A stretch of DNA of 64,000 nucleotides, from positions 384,001 to 448,000 of the forward strand of contig CAVQEQ010000001.1 of the NCBI GenBank assembly GCA_963711565.1, given 5' to 3'. Positions 11,118-26,178 of this stretch are shown piece after piece. The stretch is from an uncultured delta proteobacterium (GTDB lineage Bacteria > Desulfobacterota > Binatia > Binatales > Binataceae). The translations under genes were made by a program, and so were the position numbers. The notes under the pieces are model-generated. The model was given only the letters and a program-made list of their open reading frames with translations. It was not told the DNA's origin and ran no database searches. Numbering within the stretch: the first letter of the stretch is position 1; every line of letters starts with the position of its first letter.

Positions 11118-11146
11118 CGTCGCCTCCTCTCACAGTTATGCAAAGA

Positions 11147-12592
11147 TCAGAGTTCGGGACTCGACGGCAGGAAGGTCTCGCCCATCAGGTACGCGTCAAC
11201 CGCGCGCGCGGCTTCGCGCCCTTCCCATATCGCCCACACCACCAGCGATTGTCCGCGACGGGTGTCTCCGGCCGCGAAGACCCCCGGCACACTCGACATG
11301 TAGTTCTCACATTGCACGTTGCTCCGCGGGTCGAGCTTGAGGCCGAGCTCCGAGATTATGCCGTCGGGCTCGGGGCCGAGAAATCCGAGCGCGAGCAGCA
11401 CCAGGTCGCACTCAATCTCGAAGTCGGTGCCCGGAATCTGCTCCATCACCATCCGCCCGTTGTCGTTCTTCCAGTTGAGCCGCAGCCCATGAAGTTTTTT
11501 CACCGCGCCGTTCTCGCCGGTGAACCTGCTCGTGTTCACACTCCAGTCGCGCTGCACGCCCTCTTCGTGCGAGCTCGAGGTGCGCATGATCATCGGCCAT
11601 TCGGGCCATGGCATTTCGTCGGTACGCTTGTCCGGCGGCATCGGCAGCAGCTCGAACTGATGCACGACGATCGCGCCCTGGCGATTCGAGGTGCCCAGGC
11701 AATCGGAACCGGTATCGCCCCCGCCTAGAATTACCACCCGCTTTCCGTTCGCGGTAATCCCGGCGGCCGGATCGAGCGCATCGCCGAAGTTGCGCTTGTT
11801 TTGCTGCGGCAGGAATTCCATCGCGAAATGAATTCCCTTGAGATCGCGTCCCGGGATCGGCAGGTCGCGCGGCTTGGTCGCGCCCATCGTCAGCACGATC
11901 GCGTCGTACTTCGATCGCATCTCGTCGGCGTGAATGTCGACGCCGACGCGGCAGTTGGTGACGATCTCAAGGCCCTCGGCCGTCATCTGCTCGACGCGGC
12001 GGTTGACGATCCATTTTTCCAGCTTGAAGTCCGGGATGCCGTAGGTGAGCAATCCGCCTACGCGATCCGAGCGTTCGTAGAGCGTCACCGCATGTCCCGC
12101 GCGAGTGAGTTGCTGCGCACACGCCAGCCCGGCCGGCCCTGAGCCGACGACCGCGACGTGCTTGCCCGATTTGCGCGCGGCCGGCAGCGGCGCGATCCAT
12201 TTTTCCGCCCACGCGTGATCGATGATGTTCTTCTCGATCAGTTTGATCGTGACGGGATCGTTGTTGATGTTGAGTACGCAGGCTTCCTCGCACGGCGCGG
12301 GACAAATCCTGCCGGTGAACTCAGGAAAATTGTTGGTCGCGTGCAGCCGGTCGATCGCCTCGCGCCACCTGCCGCGGTAGATGAGATCGTTCCAATCCGG
12401 GATGATGTTGCCGAGCGGGCAACCCTTGTGGCAGAAGGGAATTCCGCAATCCATGCAGCGGGCGCCCTGCGCGCGCAGCTTGTCTTCGGGCATCTTGAGA
12501 TCGAATTCGCGCCAATCCTTCAGGCGTTCGCCGACCGGACGCCGCGAAGGAGTCTCGCGCTGAATCTCCATGAAGCCCGTGATCTTTCCCAT
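11147..12592 (-). CDS. gltD: Glutamate synthase small subunit
   Basis: RCMDCGIPFCH, NNFPEFTGRICPAPCE, GSGPAG, GGGDTGSDC, GDTRRGQSLVVWAI. Confidence 0.97.
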   Translation of the reverse strand: MGKITGFMEIQRETPSRRPVGERLKDWREFDLKMPEDKLRAQGARCMDCGIPFCHKGCPLGNIIPDWNDLIYRGRWREAIDRLHATNNFPEFTGRICPAPCEEACVLNINNDPVTIKLIEKNIIDHAWAEKWIAPLPAARKSGKHVAVVGSGPAGLACAQQLTRAGHAVTLYERSDRVGGLLTYGIPDFKLEKWIVNRRVEQMTAEGLEIVTNCRVGVDIHADEMRSKYDAIVLTMGATKPRDLPIPGRDLKGIHFAMEFLPQQNKRNFGDALDPAAGITANGKRVVILGGGDTGSDCLGTSNRQGAIVVHQFELLPMPPDKRTDEMPWPEWPMIMRTSSSHEEGVQRDWSVNTSRFTGENGAVKKLHGLRLNWKNDNGRMVMEQIPGTDFEIECDLVLLALGFLGPEPDGIISELGLKLDPRSNVQCENYMSSVPGVFAAGDTRRGQSLVVWAIWEGREAARAVDAYLMGETFLPSSPEL

Positions 12593-12644
12593 CGAAACCG
12601 CGATCTCCAGTCAATCCTGATTAGTCAGTCGATTACTCACTCGG

Positions 12645-17200
<4,556 letters not shown>

Positions 17201-17204
<4 letters not shown>

Positions 17205-17764
17205 GACACCCGCCTTGGATCCGGGGGCACAGATTTCGCGGCGGCGTGACGATGGCGCCGGCCGTTGGTCGGCTCGCTCGTGTCGCCATTGGTGTGCGGC
17301 GAAATCAAGCCGCGCTCGGTATGCGTCGACAGCACCACCATCGTCTCCGTCCGCGCCACTCCCTCGATCGAGCGGATCGCACTGATGAGCCGCTCGAGCG
17401 ACGAAGTGTTCTCGGTTTTGACTTTCATCATCAGAGTGTGCTGACCGGTCACGTGATGGCATTCGAGCACGTCGTCAAGCAGTGCGACGGATTCCTCGAA
17501 CAGCGAAATTGTTTTCGGATGCGCAATCGACACGCCGATGAACGCGGTGACGTCCTTGCCGAGACGCGTCGCATCGACGGTCGCGTGATAGCCGATGATG
17601 ACGCCGCCGTCTTCGAGTTTCTTGACGCGCTCGTTGACCGAAGGCGCCGAGAGCCCGACCTGCTCTCCGAGCTTGACGAGCGGAATCCTGCCGTGTTCCT
17701 GCAGCAGGCCGATAATCTGCAGGTCAATAGCATCGAGTTCGGGGGAATCTCCGCCGAATTTCAT
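17201..17764 (-). CDS. Lrp/AsnC family transcriptional regulator
   Basis: [48 protein letters not shown]-terminal RAM domain. Confidence 0.93.
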
Positions 17765-17790
17765 AAGGTTATCCTCGTCGCGAGTCGATG

Positions 17791-17819
17791 AACTTAGAAG
17801 GACTGCAAAGTTGTGTCAA
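17791..17819 (-). promoter_or_regulatory. Sigma70-type promoter for lrp-gltBD
   Basis: Minus-strand TTGACA-N17-TAAGTT, about 27 nt upstream of the lrp start. Confidence 0.65.
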
Positions 17820-18083
17820 GTGTTTATAAGGTGCGAAAAGAATAGAACATTGGTTTGATAAGGTCAAGGGGGCGTATGCCGACGAAATTTAGGTTAAATT
17901 CGGTAGCGCAATCATATTTACTGGGCGTCTGCGCGATGTAAGCCTAACTACTTAGGCAATACGGCAGTTTCACCGAAACTGATGCTCGAGCCGCATTGTT
18001 CGCCTGAGCGCTCGCAGGTCGACTCCGATCCGCTTGCACGATTAAATTATCGGTCACTTGCCGCTTCGAAAGTGTGCACAATC

Positions 18084-19190
18084 ATGGCGCGTTTCATTCC
18101 TGGCCTTGAGCTTAACCGGATGTACTATCGCGAGGCGGTCGCGCCGATCCTCGCGGCAGAATCTCCGCGGCTGAAATATTCGGCTGCGCTAATCGGATAC
18201 GGCTCCGACGTTCTGGGCTACGACTCGGAACGATCGACCGATCATGAATGGGGTCCGCGCCTCCTGCTCTTCCTTCCCGACGAGGACCACGATGCGCTCG
18301 CGCCTCAACTCAACGGCGCGTTGGCGAAGCAACTGCCGACAACGTTTCATGGCTACTCGACGAGCTTCGCCAAGGCCGACGAGAACGGCGTGCGCTGGAT
18401 GGTACCCGGCGAGCCGGGCCATATCGATCACCATGTGTATACTCACACGGTTTCCGGCTTCGTTCGCGCGATGCTCAATATCGAGCCCGGACAAAGGCTC
18501 GATTCCGTCAACTGGCTGTTGATGTCGCAGCAGAAACTGCTCGAAATCACCAGCGGCGAGGTCTTCCACGACGGACTTGGCGAACTCGTTCCGCTGCGCG
18601 AGAAGCTCGCCTGGTATCCGCGTGATGTCTGGCTATTCATGATGGCGGCGGGCTGGTACCGAATCGCGCAGGATGAGCATTTCGTGGGCCGCTGCGGCGA
18701 AGAGGGTGAGGACCTCGGCTCGAGGCTCGTCTGCGGACGGCTGGTGCGCGACCTGATGCGCTTGTGCCTCCTGATGGAGCGCCGCTATGCACCGTACAGC
18801 AAGTGGCTGGGCACCGCGTTTTCGCGCCTCGCGTACGCGACCGAACTCAGCCCGCTCCTCCGCGCCGCGATGGCTGCAACTTCCTGGCAGGATCGCGAAC
18901 AACATCTGTGCGCCGCGTACGAGGCCGTCGCGCGGATGCATAACGCGCTCGGAGTCACCGGATCGCTTGAGACCTCGATAATGCAATTTCACGGGCGCCC
19001 CTACCACGTGCTCGGCGCGGGACGATATGCGAAGGCGGTCAGCGACGCGATCGCCGACGACGAATTGAAAAACATTTACATCGCCGCGAACGGAATTGGT
19101 GCGGTCGATCAGTTCGTCGATAGCACCAACCTTTTGGGGCGCGCGGACTTATGCATGCGCCTGCGCGTCCTGTTCAAGCCGGCAACCTGA
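18084..19190 (+). CDS. DUF4037-type nucleotidyltransferase-fold protein
   Basis: GYGSDVLGYDSERSTDHEWGPR, GEVFHDGLG, LAWYPRDVW, YAPYSKWLG. Confidence 0.75.
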   Translation: MARFIPGLELNRMYYREAVAPILAAESPRLKYSAALIGYGSDVLGYDSERSTDHEWGPRLLLFLPDEDHDALAPQLNGALAKQLPTTFHGYSTSFAKADENGVRWMVPGEPGHIDHHVYTHTVSGFVRAMLNIEPGQRLDSVNWLLMSQQKLLEITSGEVFHDGLGELVPLREKLAWYPRDVWLFMMAAGWYRIAQDEHFVGRCGEEGEDLGSRLVCGRLVRDLMRLCLLMERRYAPYSKWLGTAFSRLAYATELSPLLRAAMAATSWQDREQHLCAAYEAVARMHNALGVTGSLETSIMQFHGRPYHVLGAGRYAKAVSDAIADDELKNIYIAANGIGAVDQFVDSTNLLGRADLCMRLRVLFKPAT

Positions 19191-19293
19191 ACATCCTGAG
19201 CTTCAATCAGTTGGCAGCAAGGAACCTTCATCGCGCGACGACCGCCTGCTTGTCCGAGATTGCGGGCTCACGGTAAGCTTGACGTTCGCACTC

Positions 19294-20720
19294 GTGAAAC
19301 CGTTCTACATTTTCAATTCGCTGAACCGCGCGGTCGAAGAGTTCCAGCCGCTCGATCCGCCTGAGGTGACGCTGTATTCATGCGGGCCGACGGTCTATCT
19401 GCCGCAACACCTCGGCAACTTGCGCGCGTACGTGTTCGTCAACAGCCTGCGCCGGGCACTCGAGTTCAACGGCTACAAAGTGCGACACGTGATGAACGTG
19501 ACGGACGTCGGGCACATGACTGGCAACGTTGACGACGGCGAGGACAAAGTCGAGAAAACCGCACGCGCGCAGGGTAAATCGCCACTCGAAGTCGCGAACT
19601 ACTACCTCGAGCAGTTCCAGCGCGATTGCGCGGCGCTCCATCTCGAGCCGCCGAATGTGTGGTCGCGCGCGACCGATCATATCGGCGATATGATCGCGCT
19701 TACGAAAAGGATCATCGACGCTGGAGTCGCGTACGTCACCAGGAGCGGCGTGTACTTCAACGTTGAGAAATATCGCGGTGAGAATCGTCTCGGCCGCCTA
19801 TCGCGCCAGAGCCTCGACGAGCAGAACGCCGCGCAGCGCCTCGAGCATTCTGCCGACAAGCATAGCCCGCACGATTTCACGCTGTGGGTGCTCGGCCAGC
19901 CCGATCATTTGATGCAATGGGACAGCCCGTGGGGACGCGGTTATCCGGGATGGCATATCGAGTGTTCCGCGATGGCGATGAAGTACCTCGGCGACACCAT
20001 CGATATCCACACCGGCGGCATCGATCACATCCCGGTGCATCACGAGAACGAAATTGCGCAATCGGAAAGCGCGACCCACAAGCCGTTCGCGCGGTATTTC
20101 GTACACAACGCGTTCCTGGTCGGCAAGGAGGGAACCAAGATCAGCAAGAGCGCGGGCAAGTTCCCGCTGCTGAGCGATCTCGGCAGGCGGGAATCGACCC
20201 GCTGGCCTTCCGGATTTTCTGTTACGGCGCAAAATACCGCTCCGAGATTGCGTTCAACGATGACGCGATCCGCGCGTCGCAGAGCAATCTGGATTATTTT
20301 CGCGAGTTCGCGCGCAGCGTGCCGGACGACGCGGCAGCCGACGGCGTCGAGGCGGCGGGCTGGGCGGCGGAGTACTACGAGCGCTTTCACGACGCAATCA
20401 ACAACGATTTGAACACGCCGCAGGCGATTGCAGCGGCTCTGGAACTAATCGCGGAAGCGTACCGGCGCAAGGATTTCCGCGCATGGCCGACGTTGCGAGC
20501 GCTCGACGCGGTGCTCGGACTTGATTTGCAAAAACATCGCGCGTCGGCGCGCATGAGTTCGATCGAAGCCGACGTGCAGCAATTGATCGACAATCGGGCG
20601 GCGGCCCGCAAGGCAAAGGACTTCACGCTCGCCGATGAGCTGCGCAAGGAAATCGAGCGCCGCGGCTACGAGGTCAAGGACCATCGCGACGGCACGGCTA
20701 GCTATCAACGCCGCGCCTGA
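19294..20720 (+). CDS. cysS: Cysteinyl-tRNA synthetase with apparent 1-nt deletion near 20183
   Basis: [37 protein letters not shown]; C-terminal part (DLNTP, ARKAKDF.LADELR) is in ORF 19884-20720. Confidence 0.9.
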
Positions 20721-20809
20721 CGCTTTTCGGCTCGCAGATTTGCCTTGAATGGTTGCGCGGAAGTCTCTTAGAATCGCGGCTTGACGAATCGGATCGCCAG
20801 AAGGAAACG

Positions 20810-21676
20810 ATGGGGATTGAGTTAAAAAAATTCGACACCAGGCTGCAGGCCGAAGGACCCGAGGTTAAACATCTCGATCCAGCCGCAGCGCCGTTTTACC
20901 TGCCGATTGGCGACGAAGTGGAAATCTTCACCGCCGCCTACAAGGCGCGCCTGCCCTTGCTACTCAAGGGGCCGACGGGATGCGGCAAGACGCGCTTCGT
21001 CGAGCACATGGCGCATCAACTGTCGTCGCTCGCCAACGGCCCCAACGAACTGATCACTGTTGCGTGCCATGAAGATCTTACCGGCAGCGATCTCGTCGGC
21101 CGCTTTCTGATTCAGGCCGACGAGACGGTGTGGGTTGACGGTCCGCTGACGCAGGCGGTACGGCGCGGCGCGATTTGCTATCTCGACGAAGTGGTCGAGG
21201 CGCGCAAGGACACGACGGTGCTGATTCATCCGCTGTCGGATCATCGCCGGATTCTGCCGATCGAAAAGCGTGGCGAGACGATCGAGGCGCACGAGGGATT
21301 TCTGCTGGTGATTTCGTACAATCCCGGCTACCAGAGCATCCAGAAAAATTTGAAACACTCGACGCGCCAGCGCTTCGTGACGATCGAGTTCACCTATCCC
21401 CCCGCCGACAAGGAAGTCGAGATTATCGCGCACGAGGCGGGCGTCGAGCAGGATATCGCGCTGCAACTCGCGGTGCTGGGCGAGAAGGTGCGCCATCTTA
21501 AGGCGTCGGGATTGGAAGAAGGCGTCTCGACGCGCCTGCTGATTTACGCCGGCGAACTGATCCGACAGGGAATTGCGCCACGGCGGGCGGCGACAGTCGC
21601 GGTCACGTGGTCGCTGACCGACGAAGCGGACAGCAAGCGCGCGATCGACGAAGTGGTGAAAGCGATCTTTCCATAA
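20810..21676 (+). CDS. CbbQ/NirQ/NorQ family AAA+ ATPase
   Basis: [59 protein letters not shown]; AAGGA RBS before ATG 20810. Confidence 0.92.
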   Translation: MGIELKKFDTRLQAEGPEVKHLDPAAAPFYLPIGDEVEIFTAAYKARLPLLLKGPTGCGKTRFVEHMAHQLSSLANGPNELITVACHEDLTGSDLVGRFLIQADETVWVDGPLTQAVRRGAICYLDEVVEARKDTTVLIHPLSDHRRILPIEKRGETIEAHEGFLLVISYNPGYQSIQKNLKHSTRQRFVTIEFTYPPADKEVEIIAHEAGVEQDIALQLAVLGEKVRHLKASGLEEGVSTRLLIYAGELIRQGIAPRRAATVAVTWSLTDEADSKRAIDEVVKAIFP

Positions 21677-21736
21677 GTTGCGGCAAGATTCGTGAAGCGA
21701 CGCGAATAACACCTACAATTCAGCGAGGTCGCGTAA

Positions 21737-22774
21737 ATGAGAGTCTTCGCAAACTTCAAAGTGATTCTGGCTTCGACGGCGGCGCTCTCGATGCTCGCCG
21801 TCGGTTCCTCCGCAATGGCGCAGGACTTGACCACTGGGGTTCAGGCGCAATCGGGGCCGCGGCTGGATTTCCCGGCGGGACTCGCGACTGACGGCCGCGC
21901 GATTTACGTTGCGAACAGCCGCAACAATACGGTCGAGGCCATCGACGCGGCGACCCGCTCTCTGCGAATCGTCGCCGGCAAGCTTTTCCAGGAGGGCAGC
22001 AACGACGGCACCGGCGATTCGGCCCGCTTCAACAGCCCCGATGGCATGACGATCGTCGGACAGAATCTCTATCTCTGCGACACCAACAATTCCGACATTC
22101 GCCAAATCAGTATCAGCGGCACCGTCACCACCGTTGCGGGACAGGCGAATATCTCGGGCAGTGACGACGGCAGCGGCCCCAGCGCGCACTTCAACCTGCC
22201 CACCCAGATCGCCACCGACGGCACCTCACTCTACGTCGCTGACAGCGGCAACAGCACCGTCCGGCGCATCACGCTCGCCGATTTCAAGGTCAAGACGATC
22301 GGGGGACAGGCGGGCACGTCGGGCAAGACCGAAGGCGGCCCGGACAAGTCCGTGTTCAGCGGCCCGCGCGGAGTCGCGGTCGACAAGAAAGCGATCTATG
22401 TCGCGGATACTGGCAACGATGTGATCCGCATGATCGATCTCAACACGCTCGAGACCAGCACGCTCGCGGGCACCGGCGAGGAAGGTGATAAGGACGGCGC
22501 CGCGGCGCAGGCGCAGTTCAACAACCCCGGCGCGATATGCACCGACGGCACGTTTCTGTACGTGCTCGACGCTGACAATCATTCAATCCGCAAGATCGAT
22601 CTCAACGCCAAAACCGTCACCAAGCTGACGCTCGTCAACGGCCATATCGGCTCGGGATGCGCGCTCACCAGCGACGGCAAGCAGCTCTATTTTTCCGACA
22701 CCACCGAAAACGCGGTCGAAGTCGTCGATACGACCAGCGGCAACTTCACCACGCTCTATCCGCCGGGGCAGTAG
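21737..22774 (+). CDS. Secreted NHL-repeat beta-propeller protein
   Basis: Signal peptide ending AMA-Q; repeats of F(N/S)xPxG(I/V)A.D...LYVADxGN..IR.I. Confidence 0.85.
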   Translation: MRVFANFKVILASTAALSMLAVGSSAMAQDLTTGVQAQSGPRLDFPAGLATDGRAIYVANSRNNTVEAIDAATRSLRIVAGKLFQEGSNDGTGDSARFNSPDGMTIVGQNLYLCDTNNSDIRQISISGTVTTVAGQANISGSDDGSGPSAHFNLPTQIATDGTSLYVADSGNSTVRRITLADFKVKTIGGQAGTSGKTEGGPDKSVFSGPRGVAVDKKAIYVADTGNDVIRMIDLNTLETSTLAGTGEEGDKDGAAAQAQFNNPGAICTDGTFLYVLDADNHSIRKIDLNAKTVTKLTLVNGHIGSGCALTSDGKQLYFSDTTENAVEVVDTTSGNFTTLYPPGQ

Positions 22775-22799
22775 GCCTCGCGCGAACGGGCATCGCGTC

Positions 22800-23846
22800 T
22801 TGATCGATCTGCGCAGCGACACCGTAACGTTGCCGACGCCCGAAATGCGCGAGGCGATCGCGCGCGCCGAGCTGGGTGACGACGTTTACGGCGAAGACCC
22901 GAGCGTGAACCGGCTCGAGGCGATGGCGGCGTCGGTCATGGGCAAGGACGCGGCGCTGCTGGTGCCGAGCGGCACGATGGGCAACCTCGCGGCGATGCTG
23001 ACGCATTGCGCGCGCGGCACCAAGGCGATCGTGGGATCGCAGTCGCACACCAATCTTTACGAGGCTGGCGGCGCATCGGCTCTGGGAGGCATCGTGCTCA
23101 CGGCGATTGCCAACACCGACGACGGTGAACTCGACACGGACGACCTCGCGCGCGAGCTCGGGACGCCCGCCGACGATCATTTCGCGCAGCCGTCGCTGGT
23201 GGTTATCGAGAATACGCACAATCGATGCGGCGGCGCGCCGATCAAGCTCTCGCACATGGCGGAGGTTTCCGCGGCGGCGCGACGCAGAAAAATTCCGCTG
23301 CATCTCGACGGCGCGCGAATCTTCAACGCGGCAGTCGCACTCGAGACGACCGCGAAGGAAATCGCGAGGCACGCCGATACCGTGTCGTTCTGCCTGTCGA
23401 AAGGACTCGGATGCCCGGTCGGCTCGCTTCTGTGCGGAAGCCGCGAATTTATCGCGCGCGCGCTTCGGACGCGCAAAGTACTCGGCGGTGGAATGCGGCA
23501 GGCGGGAATAATCGCGGCGGCGGGAATCGTCGCGCTGACCACGATGGTCGATCGCCTGGCCGAGGATCATCAGAACGCGCGCGCGCTGGCACAGGGACTC
23601 GCGCTGGTCGCAGGACTGAACGTGCGGCCGGTCGCGAATCGCACCAACATGGTCGTGTTCGACGTCGACGGCGACGCGGAAGCGTCGCGGCGTTTCGCAG
23701 CGGCGATGAAGGAACGGGACGTGCTGATTTCACCGCGCGAGGCGACCTCGTTCCGCGCCGTGACCCATCATGGAATTTCGCGCGCCGACATCGACCGGGC
23801 AGTCGCAGCCGCTGCACAAGCCGCCGGCGAAGTTTTCGGCGACTGA
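22800..23846 (+). CDS. ltaE: Low-specificity L-threonine aldolase
   Basis: IDLRSDTVT, GDDVYGEDP, SGTMGN, HLDGARIFNA, CLSKGLG, GGGMRQAG. Confidence 0.95.
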   Translation: MIDLRSDTVTLPTPEMREAIARAELGDDVYGEDPSVNRLEAMAASVMGKDAALLVPSGTMGNLAAMLTHCARGTKAIVGSQSHTNLYEAGGASALGGIVLTAIANTDDGELDTDDLARELGTPADDHFAQPSLVVIENTHNRCGGAPIKLSHMAEVSAAARRRKIPLHLDGARIFNAAVALETTAKEIARHADTVSFCLSKGLGCPVGSLLCGSREFIARALRTRKVLGGGMRQAGIIAAAGIVALTTMVDRLAEDHQNARALAQGLALVAGLNVRPVANRTNMVVFDVDGDAEASRRFAAAMKERDVLISPREATSFRAVTHHGISRADIDRAVAAAAQAAGEVFGD

Positions 23847-24628
23847 TGGACTCCCTCGAATCGCTGTTCTCTCTGCGCGGGCATCGCGGACTGGTAACCG
23901 GCGCGTCATCGGGGCTGGGCGTCGAATGCGCGAAGGCGCTGGCAATTGCGGGCGCAGATGTTGCGCTCGTCGCGCGGCGGATAGACCGTGCCACAAAATT
24001 TGCGGCCGAGTTGGCCCGCGCTCATGGCGTCAAGACGATCGGAATCGGCGCGGACGTGACCCGCGAGCCCGACCTCGATCGCGTGATGGCCGAGGCGACG
24101 GCCGCGATCGGCGACGTCGATATCCTGGTGAACAACGCCGGCGTGTCGCCGACCGGGCGCGCCGAGAATTTCAAGCGCGAGGCGTGGGACGAGGCAATCG
24201 CGGTGAATCTCACCGCGCCGATGATGCTCGCGCAGCGCGTCGCGCGCCGGCTCATCGAGACCGGGAAGCCGGGCCGCATCATCAACATGGTTTCGATCTA
24301 CGCGTCGGTGGCGAGTTCGGTGTACCGGCTGTCGGCATACGCGGCGACCAAGGCTGCCTTGGCGAATCTGACACGTCAGCTCGCGGTCGAATGGGCCGGC
24401 TACGGAATTTTGGTCAACGCAATCGCGCCGGGATGGATTCCCACCGAGGCGACCGAAGGCGGTATCGCGAAGCCCGCGAACAAAGAGCGGATGGAGGCCT
24501 TCACGCCGATGAAACGTCTCGGACTCGCGCACGAAATTCGCGGCGCCGTGATCTTCCTTGCCAGTCCGGCTTCAAGCTACGTTACGGGGTCGGTAATTTC
24601 GGTGGATGGCGGATACCAGGCGTGGTGA
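23846..24628 (+). CDS. Short-chain dehydrogenase/reductase
   Basis: TGASSGLG, NNAG, YAATK, VNAIAPG, VDGG; ATG overlaps the ltaE stop. Confidence 0.92.
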   Translation: MDSLESLFSLRGHRGLVTGASSGLGVECAKALAIAGADVALVARRIDRATKFAAELARAHGVKTIGIGADVTREPDLDRVMAEATAAIGDVDILVNNAGVSPTGRAENFKREAWDEAIAVNLTAPMMLAQRVARRLIETGKPGRIINMVSIYASVASSVYRLSAYAATKAALANLTRQLAVEWAGYGILVNAIAPGWIPTEATEGGIAKPANKERMEAFTPMKRLGLAHEIRGAVIFLASPASSYVTGSVISVDGGYQAW

Positions 24629-24650
24629 AAGCGACGCGAAGGAAGTGCGG

Positions 24651-26093
24651 ATGAGCGACACCGGGCTTAGATCGCAACTGTTCCGGCGCAAGCCGGCTGC
24701 CGCGCTGATGGCGGAGGCGGAGTCACGCTCAGGCGGCCTCAAGCGGGCTCTGGGAGCGCTCGATCTCACGCTGCTCGGAATCGGCGCGATCGTCGGTGCG
24801 GGAATTTTCGTGCTGACCGGCGTCGCCGCGGCAAGATACGCCGGGCCCGCGATCGTGCTCTCATTCGTCGTGTCTGGATTTGCGTGTGCGATGGCGGCGC
24901 TGTGCTATGCCGAGTTCGCCGCGATGATCCCGGTCGCCGGCAGCGCGTATTCATATTCGTACGCGACGATGGGCGAGTTGGTCGGCTGGATCATCGGATG
25001 GGACCTCGTGCTCGAATACGCGGTCGGAGCGGCCGCAGTCGCCGTGGGATGGTCCGGCTATTTGACGGTCATCCTGCACGGCATCGGGATTCACTTGCCG
25101 GTCGCGATAACCAACGCGCCGGGGTCGGTGCCCGGCGCGCTCATCAATCTGCCCGCGCTGCTGATTGTGATGCTGATCACCTACGTCCTGTACATCGGAA
25201 TTTCGGAGAGCGCGCGACTCAACTCGGTCATCGTAGGAATTAAGCTCGTCGTGATTGCCGCCGTGATCGTCATCGGCGCGTTCTTCATCCGGCCGGCGAA
25301 CTGGAGTCCGTTCGCGCCGATGGGGTGGTCGGGGGTGATGAAGGGCGCGGCGGTGATCTTCTTTGCGTACATCGGATTCGACGCGGTGTTGACGGCGGCG
25401 GAAGAAGTCGTCGATCCAAATCGCGACCTGCCGCTCGGCATCCTCGGCTCGCTATTCGTCTGCACCTTGCTCTACATCCTGGTCGCGGGCGTATTGACTG
25501 GGATGGTGCCTGCGCACCTGATCGACGTGAACGCACCGCTGGCGTCGGCGTTCGTGCTGCGCGGGATGCAAGCGTTGTCTGGATTTATCTCACTCGGCGC
25601 GGTCGCGGGGCTGACGTTTGTGCTGCTGGTGCTGATGCTCGGCCAGTCGCGCGTATTTTTCGCCGTCTCGCGCGACGGACTGCTGCCGCCTGCCTTCAGC
25701 CGGATACATCCGAAGTATCGCACACCATATATCCCCACGACGCTGACCGGCTTCGCCGTAGGAATCACAGCGGCGTTGTTGCCGATCCAGGAAATCGCGG
25801 AGCTGACGAATATCGGCACCTTGTTCGCCTTCGTGCTGGTTTGCCTCGGCGTGTGGATCTTGCGCCGCGTCGAGCCCGACATGAAGCGCCCGTTCCGCAC
25901 GCCGCTGGTGCCGCTGGTGCCGATTCTCGGCGTCGTGTTTTGCGTTTACCTGATGGCGAGTCTGCCGGTCGTAACGTGGATTCGTTTTTTCGTGTGGCTG
26001 GTGATCGGACTGGTCATCTATTTCAGTTACGGCCGCTTCCACAGCAAGGTGCAGCACGACGTGGTCGATCAAGCAGCCGCGTCTGGAAGATAG
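24651..26093 (+). CDS. APC family (cationic amino acid type) permease
   Basis: GIGAIVGAGIF, AGSAYSY, FFAYIGFD, RDGLLP, IGTLFAF; about 12 TM segments. Confidence 0.93.
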   Translation: MSDTGLRSQLFRRKPAAALMAEAESRSGGLKRALGALDLTLLGIGAIVGAGIFVLTGVAAARYAGPAIVLSFVVSGFACAMAALCYAEFAAMIPVAGSAYSYSYATMGELVGWIIGWDLVLEYAVGAAAVAVGWSGYLTVILHGIGIHLPVAITNAPGSVPGALINLPALLIVMLITYVLYIGISESARLNSVIVGIKLVVIAAVIVIGAFFIRPANWSPFAPMGWSGVMKGAAVIFFAYIGFDAVLTAAEEVVDPNRDLPLGILGSLFVCTLLYILVAGVLTGMVPAHLIDVNAPLASAFVLRGMQALSGFISLGAVAGLTFVLLVLMLGQSRVFFAVSRDGLLPPAFSRIHPKYRTPYIPTTLTGFAVGITAALLPIQEIAELTNIGTLFAFVLVCLGVWILRRVEPDMKRPFRTPLVPLVPILGVVFCVYLMASLPVVTWIRFFVWLVIGLVIYFSYGRFHSKVQHDVVDQAAASGR

Positions 26094-26100
26094 ATCCTAA

Positions 26101-26157
26101 CCTCTCCTTGTCCGAGGAGAGGTCGGCGTAAGCCGCGCAGCGGTGTCGCCGGGAGAG
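26101..26157 (+). repeat. Palindromic repeat family B copy
   Basis: CCTCTCCT-tgtccg-AGGAGAGG, second hairpin, GGGAGAG tail; same layout at 51238, 51393 and 62795. Confidence 0.7.
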
Positions 26158-26178
26158 ATGCAACGCCGGACAGCGCAT

